Origin: Octopus bimaculoides
Lineage: Eukaryota
NCBI RefSeq assembly: GCF_001194135.2
Contig: NC_068987.1
Location: forward strand, 79,476,604 to 79,540,603
Length of the DNA stretch: 64,000 nucleotides
Direction: 5' to 3'
The notes beneath the pieces were generated by a model, which worked only from the letters and a program-made list of their open reading frames with translations, was not told the DNA's origin and did not search any database. Shown piece by piece: positions 53,996 to 64,000 of this stretch. How positions within the stretch are numbered: the first letter of the stretch is position 1; each line of letters opens with the position of its first letter. The translations under genes were made by a program, and so were the position numbers.

Positions 53996-54383
53996 TCACA
54001 CGCTGATATATGATCTACGTTGGACCCCTTGTTCTCATAACCACCGAACCTGGAGCTTAACTATAGTCTGTCCATAGCACTTACTCAGCATTACTTGAAA
54101 CCTATGGGTCTAATAGACACCACTACCGCTCATAGCCTATATATATATATATATATATATGTACATGTATAGATAGATAGATATATGTGTACACGCCTTG
54201 AAGCATACATACATATATATGCATGTGTGTGCGCGCATATTTGTACGCCTAAATTTTACTTGTTATTTACTGTTCTATATGCATACGGTCATATAATACG
54301 CACACATACACGAACACAAGTACACACACACAAACCCTCCCTCACATAGACACTTGCGCGCGCTCTTTGCGTCTGTGTGTATT

Positions 54384-54418
<35 letters not shown>

Positions 54419-55006
54419 AAAAGAATATATACAGCTAAGAAACCTGCAGCATTCATGAAATTTCAGGAGACAAGTATAAATAAGAGAAATAAGAAAAGGA
54501 CAAAATAAATAAATAAATGAATAAATAAATGAACGAATAAATAAATAAAAGAGGAAATGAAGAGGAATTGAGAGAAAAAGAAAAATGTACAAGAAAAAGA
54601 AAAACGAATAAGAAGGAAACGTATAAGAAGACGACAGCAAGACATAGCGGCAGCTGAAAATATTTAAACGACCTGTCAGGGTAGAGACTAATGCAGCTCT
54701 ATTTTGCGTTGGAAATATTGTATCTTGAAGCCTCCATACATAATATAGTAAAAAATATAGTTCTATATACCTTTAAGTATTTATTCTATATCCATTCATC
54801 TTCTTTGCCAACTCCACCACCAGCAACATAATGACTGAGTTTAATGTTAACAGTTTATATAAAACATTATTGTTGTCCCAAACCTGACCGAGATTAATTG
54901 CATTTATAATTACTGTCATATATTGAAGTGTGGTTGTCATAATTTCTTTCGAACGATGAATTTCAACTTTTGAGAAGATTGTTTTGTTACCTTTTATATA
55001 TATGCC

Positions 55007-55536
55007 TTGTTCCAGTCATTGGAGAGCGATCGTGATTTGGCGCCGCTTCGAAAGGTTTAATGGAATAACATGACCTCATTTATTATTTACATGTAAGTTT
55101 GAAACTGGTTCTATCGAGCTCTTTTGCCAAACTGCTATGCTGCGGGGACATAACCAAATACCGATTGTCAAGCGCTAGGGACACACAAAGACACAATGAC
55201 ATACACACCCCACCCCCAAACATTCTCTATATATATATGTGTGTGTGTATGTATGTATGTATATATATATATATATAATAAGGATAAAGTCATTATTTAA
55301 TGATTTATCAATGGCTAGCATACTAATAATACCATAATGGTTAATTTATATTATAATTATAATAAGGATGATGAATAATTACACCGTCTGTCTGCTACAA
55401 ATAGACGCCAAAAATGTTTATAAACCACTTAAATTATTACTCCAGTACTGCAAGGTTGTAAGCGAGGAAAATGGACAGAGAGGGTTTATAAAATAATTTG
55501 GATAGTGCCATGTCTTAAGATTTTACGGTTTGTGAT

Positions 55537-55586
<50 letters not shown>

Positions 55587-55781
55587 CAGAGAGAGAGAGA
55601 GAGAGACGCTCAGCATTATCTTAGTTTCCGTCAACCAAATTCATTCACATTGAATTATTCGGCCCAAAGTCATAACCAAAGTCATAGTAGAAACATCTGC
55701 ACAGTGTCATGCAGTGGGACGGAAACCTGAACCACATGGCTGCAAAGCGACCTTCCTAATCACACAAGCATGCTTGCTCCT
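55007..55781 (-). mobile_element. SINE family B, decayed, with halves separated by ~420 bp
   Basis: 3' body at ~55007-55195 and head at ~55620-55781, with TA/GA tracts and AT-rich DNA between them. Confidence 0.6.
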
Positions 55782-56962
55782 AATATATGAATTTTATATT
55801 ATTTCTTTATCGGTTGCTTTTTCTTTTTTTTTTTCAAGTTATAGTTTTATAATTAATATATTTTCCTGTGTATTGCTCTTATTGTTCAGCCCCAGGCCAA
55901 ACGTAACTGAGTAGACCCATGATGGAAGGCATTGAAAGCGTATAAAAACGGCTACTTAAAGGTTATTGAGGACCACGATGCCAAATATGTTCTTTCACTA
56001 ATACAAAAGTAGAACGGCGTAATTTGACGAAGATTTTGTCGCTATTTCTAGCGAGTCGCATAGGCTCCGTCGTTGGCGCTTCTATTCTTTGGAAGTATCT
56101 TTCGATGCTCATGAGTCTATATGTGTGTATTTGCGTCGATGTATGTATGTATGTATGTGAGTATGCTTCGACAGTGGTAGTATTTGTTTAGTCGCTGTCA
56201 CTCTTACTTGCTCAAGAATGAACATCAGGCAACGTACTGTTTCGTAAAGAATCGTTATGTTCGTTTATTACTAATAATCTACTTTGCTGATTTCCTACTA
56301 AAAATGGTTGCTCTTCGTCTATGCCATCCTTATGTTTTCTCAGGTTGTTGCTTGACCTACAAAATCGATTCTCATTTCCTAGTTGGTAGCCTGAAGCAAG
56401 TATGCAGTACATTTGATAACGGACAACCATCTTTCCGTTCTCCAGCACCGACGCACTATTGTTTAGTGGAAAATCACATTCTTCTCCTCTCTATGTAGCC
56501 TGCCTGCTAGTCGCTAGAACAAGGTATTATATACTAACATACATTACGACCCAACGAAGAATTTGTTTTATATCACCGTAATGAATATTAGAAAAATGTT
56601 TCTTCATTTTTTTTCCTTACTCATATGGAAATAATATATATTTTACTTCTATATTTTGATAAATTGATAAAGTGTTTCAGAAAAAATAACGGAAAATATT
56701 AGAAAGAAAGAAATGAATGCTATGCCTGTGTGGTTTAGACCAAACTCTTGCTGTTTTCATAACAATAGTTTTGTCACAATAATAGACGTTTCAAGACAAG
56801 TTTCTAGTCACCACCTATTCTAATACTCAATAGTTAATTGTACTGTCGTATTTACGCAAAATTCTTTTTTTTCTTTCCTTCACTACATTTATGTTTTATT
56901 TCAGAGCCTGCTTCTTTTTTTCTTGCAAATCAAGTCAATGTCATATGGCTACAGAAACGTAT

Positions 56963-56976
56963 AGATAGATAGATAA

Positions 56977-57075
<99 letters not shown>

Positions 57076-57375
57076 TGTACGTATGTATAATGCATGTTTA
57101 TATGTATAGGCATAATCTGTGTAAGAGACTGCATCGATCAAAATATTACGTGTATTTATGTATAAATATATATAGGGTAACAGAGAGAGAGAGAGAGACA
57201 GACAGACAGAGACAGACAAAGGCAGAGACAGGCAGGGATACAGACAGTCAAATTAGATAGATAGATAGATACATACATGCATACATAGGTAGATAGATAG
57301 ATAGATAGAAATATAGATAGATACATACATACATACATAGGTAGATAGATAGATAAATAGAGAGATAGATATAGA
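56963..57375 (+). repeat. (GATA/GACA)n-rich tracts
   Basis: Read directly from the sequence. Confidence 0.9.
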
Positions 57376-57909
57376 TCTTGATGTTGATATTGATGTGTGT
57401 TTCTTTCTATAGCTTCAGTTTGCCAGGCAATGATTGATGGCGAGATAGTGAGAGAAAGATCAAAGTTAGTAAAATAAGAGAAGTGTTAGGATTTTTAAAG
57501 GAGGTGAAGACATTACATACCAAGACAGCTGCTTTGCACATGATGTTAGCAATCAATTAATAATTAGGTTGATAACACCCTGATAGCTAATTGCTAAGCT
57601 AGAATAGCTGTGGTAGAAATTAATTTGTGACTGAAGGAAGATTAATTCAACACATTTTACTGGGCTGAGACTCGATGTTTAGATAAACCAATTTAACAGT
57701 CATAATTATAGAGAAACAACAGTAACCACTGTGACGTCAGATTTACCTTTACAGCCAAACCTACCGATTTCTCCAGTCAAACAGCCTCAGCAAGTATCAT
57801 AGCTATATATCATCATTTGCAAAATCATCAACTGATACACAAACACAAGCACGTGCAAACGGGCACGCACATACAGATTAAAACCAACGTACTTGCATAT
57901 ATACATATA

Positions 57910-58100
57910 TACCGACGGAGTCCCGAAAAGTTCCCGGCTTTTGGTAAGAGAAAACACGGGAGATCAGTTAATTATGATTTAATGCAACATATTCCCCGCT
58001 CAGATTCACACGCTTATTGCAGCGGTCCTACATTTTCCCTAAAACCTTTAAAAGAGTTCGAAAGGTTGGGCCTTAACTTTTCAGCACCACCTTTTACATA
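57910..58100. mobile_element. Mariner-type MITE, diverged relative of the 30657 copy (opposite orientation)
   Basis: Shared interior gatcagttaatta.gattt.a..caa.atattccc...cagattcacac and TIR remnants gaaaagttcccggc / aacttttcagcacc. Confidence 0.7.
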
Positions 58101-58302
58101 AGTATGTATATTATTTTGCATACTCATGTGTGCACGCACGCACACAGACAGAGACGCATACATAATATGGGTGGCTTATTAGCAATTTAACAACCTAAAG
58201 GCAAATTTATTGACGTCTCTAAAGTGACCGAGAGTACTAGGTAGTATCAGCATTGCTGGAAATAAGAGTCAAAACAACACCAGCGCTACAGAAGCACTAT
58301 CA

Positions 58303-58971
58303 TATTTCTTTATTTCCCAGAAGGGGCTAAACATAGACGGGAAAAACAAGGACAGACAAAAGGTTTAAGTCGATTACATCGACCACGGTGCGTAACTGGT
58401 ACTTAATTTATCGACCCCGAAAGGATGAAAGGCAAAGTCGACCTCGGCGGAATTTGAACTCAGAACGTAGCAGCAGACGAAATATCGATTTCTTTATTAC
58501 CCATAAAGGGTTATACAAAGAATTTTTAAAACATCACAACACATAAAGACAGTACAAAACGAAACAAACATAAAATCGCAACTGTCATCAGAATTCTGTC
58601 TTCTTTAGTCTCTTTTGGGGGGCACAATTTGTATGAGTCTCCCTCAACTTCTATCAAATTCCTGCTTCTGGTCACCTCCTCCATATCCAACTTGATCAAC
58701 TTGGTTTCCAGCGGCACTGGCTTCCTCGCCACAGTGGCCTTGGCGTAGCATTCCATACTGGAGACACTACCACTTGCTATAGCTGGGAAAAAATGCAGCG
58801 GCTCGCGTGAAAGGTAACCGTAATAATTCCACAAAAATCACGATTATTTACAGAGACAGTTTTCACAAAGTAACACAACAGTATTCACAATAATTCACAA
58901 TAATTCACAGAGCCGTTATACCGCTAAGCAGTTCGACCGGCGTGCTAACGTTTCTGCCAGCTCGCCGCCTT
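58303..58971 (-). mobile_element. SINE family A' (alternative tail) split by a 433-bp insert
   Basis: Head at 58918-58971 and the remainder at 58303-58484. Flanked by a ~16-bp target duplication ctaca(g/a)aagcactatc (58287 and 58972). Confidence 0.85.
58485..58917 (-). mobile_element. Unidentified retroposed insert with a short ORF and poly(A) signal
   Basis: ATA is duplicated at both junctions. The core is GC-richer and encodes MECYAKATVARKPVPLETKLIKLD..., and it ends ...ccctttatgggtAATAAAgaaatc. Confidence 0.6.
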
Positions 58972-59009
58972 CTACAAAAGCACTATCTTAATGTGCTTTT
59001 GTAGAAGCA

Positions 59010-59560
59010 CAGCTACAGAAGTACTATCTTAATGACTGACAAGAGGGGGCAAGCACCCCATTGAACATAGCCAGGTCATCGGAGATTTCCAGTTCTGATG
59101 CAGAGCATTTTAATTCTCAGCGGTGGTTCTTACCGCGCCTAAGATTAAACTTAACTCACCTTGTCAGCTTATAAGAAAACCGTTGAACTCAAATGCTGAT
59201 TTAAAAAGCAGTAAAAGTGAAAACTATAAATAATTTGGGTGGTTTATTAGCAATTTAACAATCTAAAAGCAAATTTGTAGACGTCACTAAAGTGGCAGAG
59301 GGTACTAGTAGTAGTACAAGTATTGCTAGCAATAATGTTTTCTTATAAGCTGACAAGGAGAGTTAAGTTGAACCCTTGGCGTGGTAAGAGCCACCGATGA
59401 GAATTAAAATGCTCTGCATCAAAATTCGAAATCGCCGGTGATTCGGCTATGTCCAATGGATTGCTTGCCTCCCCTTGTCAATTATTAACATAGTGCTTCT
59501 GTATCGTTGCAGTTGTTTTGACTCTTATTTATAGCAATGTTGGTACTGTTTAGTACACTA
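59010..59560. repeat. Diverged inverted repeat (left arm 58232-58302 plus 59010-59180; right arm 59338-59560)
   Basis: gttttcttataagctgacaagg, gagaattaaaatgctctgcatc and tagtgcttctgta...gttgttttgactcttattt are all mirrored. Confidence 0.85.
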
Positions 59561-61179
59561 GGAAATGGATGCGTGGCGTTCAGTTAAAGAAGCTAGTTTA
59601 GTAACCACGGGAATCTACAGTTCTTCCTCGTAAATTGACACGAATATAAGCGGTTACGGACCTTCCGTGTGTGGAATGTCAGTGACGCACCTGAATTTCT
59701 ATTGAGAAAATTCAGAAGTTAAGAATTTTCGCAATGATATTAATAGTGTACATGAAAAGGAATGTATTTAGCCAAGATTAAAACCCGAGGCACAGACTCG
59801 TCTGAAGAGAAATGAAGATATAGTTATACAATATCTGCCCTTATTTCACTAACTATTATTTCCTTCTATCAAGGCTCAATGTCGTATATTTTCGAGTAGG
59901 GTAAAAGGTATTTGGATCTCTTTTATCTTCCCAAATAACATTAGCGATGTAAGTAAACCAAAATTCGAAAATTCCACTCCAAGGATGTTTATTGAAAGCA
60001 GTAGCTAACGAAAAAATAAAAAATTTAAAATACGAATGCATTTTTTTAAAAATCATAAATGATGTATTTTTAGTTTTATTATTTTTATTTTTAACGCTTC
60101 CGTAGGAGGTTTAAAACGTTTCCTGCAGGAAAAAAATAAATCCTTGCAAACGATGGAAGCAAATATAGAAAACAGAAAGGAAAGAGGGAATTTTCAAATT
60201 AGGGCTCATGATACACGCTCTGACAATGCATTATACTTTATATGATGGTAACGGTGATTCTGCACTCTAGATCCATTAGCAGCTCTAGATATAAATATAT
60301 ATATCTCACCGTTTTTATTTTCAAGAATTTTAAAGCTTTTAAAACCCATGTGAAATCTGAAAGTTCTGGGTATTTTGACACTGTAAATCATACATCACAT
60401 GTCATGCCAGTGAAATGAGCGATACTAATGCGAGTAGCATTGCATATGTGATATCACACTTAATGTTGCTTGAATAATTATACTTAACATTTCGTAGTAT
60501 ATGCTCATATTTAACATCTGAAATTTATTCACTAGAATATAATTTCCCGAATAGGTTTACTACTTTAGTTAAGCATGTTCTTGCAAATAAATCTCGCCAT
60601 ACAGCTGTTCATTGTACTCAACATTTGTAACTACAAGTCAGATCTAAGAGCCCGAAATCCACCAAGTTGTCCTTTATGTACACACTAGTCCTGCTAGAAA
60701 TAGCAGCTAAATCTTCGTCATCTTACACATCACGACACTAACTGAAGACAATGTATATCAAATACGCACTACTAAATATCCGTAAAAGGTCAAGATGGAG
60801 TAACGAATGTAAAACCAGAAACATAAAAATCATGCACTTGGTACTAATTAGGAAATTGAAATAATACGTCAACCTCCCACACATCTCTAAAATTCTTGTT
60901 GTTTCTTAAAATTGTCGAAAACCTGATTGTTTCATTAGATACCTCTGTTTAATGAGTTCCCTCAACAGTATTTGTTTTATTGAATACTTTTATATTCTTA
61001 TATGTTCGATACATAATATAACGAATCAGGGTTGGGTGAGAGAAAGTATTTACATGATGCACTATTATTAATGTTACACGAAACTCAACGCTCTCTACCA
61101 CGGCTCACAGTGAACTGCTTACCAACCCGAACTGCCAATCGCTCGCAGCTCTTTCCTTTATAATAATGAGTTAGTCCAA

Positions 61180-61612
61180 AGCAACGAGCTGGCAGAAACG
61201 TTAGCACGCGGGCGAAATGCTAGCGGTATTTCGTCTTTCTTTACATTCTGAGTTCAAATTCCGCCGAGTTCGACTTTGCCTTTCCTCCTTTCGGGGTCGA
61301 TAAATTAAGTGCCAGTTACGCACTGGGGTCGATGTAATCGACTTAATCCCTTCGTCTGTCCTTGTTTGTCTCCTTTATGTTTAGCCTCTTGTGGGTAGTA
61401 AAGAAATAAGAAACGTTACCACACCGGGTGAAATGCTTAGCGGTATTTCGTCTGTCTTTACGCTTTGATTTCAAATTCCGCCAAGGTTGACTTTGCTTTT
61501 CATACATTCGGGGTCGATAAATTAAGTAACAGTTGCGTACTGGGGTCGATCTAAACGATTGTCCCCCTCCCCAAAAATGCCGGGCCTTGTGCCTAGAGTA
61601 GAAAATAATAAT
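61180..61612 (+). mobile_element. SINE A'/A dimer
   Basis: An A' unit ending gtgggtagtaaagaaata is joined to agaaacgttaccac..., which repeats the head from about position +17 and continues as a full A unit with an AAT tail. Confidence 0.88.
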
Positions 61613-61961
61613 GAGCCAGTCCACCTTTTAGCCCCCTTGAGGGGTGGTCGGAATCTTTCCACAGCAGATACTTATATCAACAATTCATAATCTGAATGAA
61701 ATTCCCATAAGAGCAACAGAAGCAATATTAGTGTAAAATAACCAACTGTGTATAATACTCTGTGTAATATACCGCTAAAAAGCAAATTTATTGCGATATT
61801 TGTCCGGAGATAATATCTCTACTTGACATGCTGCGATTATAAGTACAAACTATTTCGGTAGCCTAAAATAATGCAGAAGCAGCAGGTGAGAATGACAGAT
61901 GATAATTTATGTCCCAGTAGCATATAACTCACTTCCAACGGCATGTTAAGAAGAAATCTGT

Positions 61962-62095
61962 CGCTCGACTTTGCCATTCATCCTTTCGTGATTGATAAAA
62001 AGAAAACGTACCATTTTGAGCATTGGAATCGATGTTATCAATGTAAATCCTCTCCCAAAATTGCTGGCATTGTACCAATATTTGAAAACATTACT
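61962..62095 (+). mobile_element. SINE family A core and tail, decayed
   Basis: cgactttgccattcatcctttcg...gataaaa...aaattgctggcattgtacc. Confidence 0.65.
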
Positions 62096-63873
62096 GTTAC
62101 TTATTCTTGTTAATTACAGTGACGGAGTTGTATGTTATTAGTAAATCTCTGTAATTCATAGGTCAGCGCTACGAAATCTAGTACTTTCTTGAAAAAACTT
62201 AATTTGCATTTTTACCAGACATTTAAATTCGACAAATATAATGTTCTTTAAATCTACTCTATCGAATAATCGCAATTGCTGTTATGAAGTAATCGTGATC
62301 ATGTTTGAAAATAGAATTCTAAAAAAATATGTCTAACATTAAATGTATGACAAATCTAGTTTGCAGCAACAGACGAAACAATGCAACAAAATTTCAACAA
62401 TTACAGTAACAAGCGAATATGCATGATTCCATCAATGACATATATAGACATATATAGAATTACTATGGAATAATAAAACAATGAAAGATTGAGAAACGAG
62501 AAACCAAGAGTTTACTCGATATGCTACACACACGCACGTACGCAATTGTTTATTATTCTTCCTATCTTATGGCCATAGTCCCGAAATCTTTTGTCATACA
62601 TCTGTGAACTCCTCCTCGAATGTTCATCCCGCGTGTGTCCTCCTGATCTGTGTAGTCCATCCCCTCTCTCTCTCCATCTCTTTCTGTATATATATATATA
62701 NNNNNNNNNNTAACCCTCGAACAGGGACAAGAACGCAAAACATCCAGACAGATATGTGATACAAGAAAGGGACAACACACCAACCAGATAGGCGGAGTTT
62801 TCTTTCCTCAGTCGAGTTCCAGATAATCTTTGCAATTTCGGCTGGTTATACGAGAGATTGCTCCAATCTGGCCAGCCCCAAGAAAAAACTAAGCTAAGAG
62901 CATTAGATTCCTTGGAAGAAAGCAGAGAATGTATACAAATACAAGGACGGAAAAAAACGAACAATGTTACACAAATACAATAAAAATAATAAGAAGACAT
63001 AACAACAGCTGTTTTTCGACTAAGGACGAATTAAATTAAGCTGGCGTGTGTGGAAATAAAGCCGTACGACAGGGAAACACGCACACACACATATACATAT
63101 ATGTATATAAACTTATACAAATATTTATATATATATATGCACACACGCGCGCGCAGGCACACATATATAACACGAGAAAATAAAGGAAAACAAGGAAGGT
63201 TACATGGGATCTTTAGCTCAATATATTACTTACAAAATATATTGTAAATATAATTTTCTTTTTCCGTCAGGGGTTATTGTGTTTAGAATCTGATCTCAAT
63301 TATTTAAGAAATACGAAATTTGGAGGCGTTAAAACTCAAACATAATTTTGGGAAATTCTGCTGTCATTCCTTCTCCCATTGCACTTATCCGAAGATTGAA
63401 TCTTTTATCAGCCTTGATAATAAAATACTGATCAAGCAAAGAATCATTGTTGCTTTTTCGAAAATAAATCCGGTAGGGAATAACCAAAATTTAACCATAT
63501 TGATTTTATGTGAACAAAGTTGGGTGAAACTGAATTTTTGCTTGCATACACACATTTAGCCACATAACACATACACACACGCATGCATACACACACACAC
63601 ACACACGCACACACAAATAGATACACATGAACACAAACATATCTTTTACTTATTTCACATAAAACACACACGCGCAAACACACACACATACACACATTAA
63701 AACAAACATATCTTTTATATTTTAGTTATTTCAGTAATTGGAACGTAGTCATACTGCAGCATTGTATTGGAGAGTTAAGTAGACTAAATCGACGCCGCTA
63801 CAGCTTATTTGTATTTGTAAAGTATAATAATAGCTATTTTATCAGTCGCTTGTCCCAGTTTGCCAGTTTGCAT

Positions 63874-63905
<32 letters not shown>

Positions 63906-64000
63906 TGTGAAATACAAATAAGACGATAATTTATTCTCAAACGCATAAACGCTGATAGAACAGCAGAGATTGTATAAGATATCCATACAAAGCGGAAAAA

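Noticed and set aside
56170-56570. ORFs of 78-104 aa in moderately GC-rich DNA
   Set aside because: No recognisable domain or splice structure; possibly an old LINE remnant but not supportable.
62711-63080. Repeat-like segment containing ctgaggaaagaaaac on the minus strand
   Set aside because: No helix II between the cores. Single copy in the window, so it cannot be classified.

Overview
AT-rich animal genomic scaffold with 12 N-gaps, mostly next to (TA)n tracts, and very dense di-, tri- and tetranucleotide microsatellites. The repeat landscape suggests a coleoid cephalopod, probably Octopus (inference, not checked). The only host coding sequence I can support is the terminal exon of an AP-2 (TFAP2) transcription factor on the + strand (2834-3137). 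Bases 1-2833 are therefore presumably its last intron, and the remaining ~60 kb is 3'UTR plus gene-poor DNA. That DNA holds: (i) several decayed R4/Dong-like retrotransposons with a restriction-like endonuclease (REL), including a head-to-tail array separated by (TAA)n tracts; (ii) a HERO-like 3' end; (iii) about 30 tRNA-derived SINE pieces with interchangeable heads and tails; (iv) mariner fragments and five MITEs; (v) several fold-back structures. The most unusual signals are two diverged hammerhead-ribozyme-like motifs (21.2 kb +, 26.8 kb -) whose palindromic helix III covaries, a 433-bp insert inside a SINE that shares that SINE's 3' tail, and a 260-bp intronic palindrome centred on the 3' tip of a Dong-like element. 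All family names come from motif recognition by eye, with no database search, and repeat boundaries are approximate.
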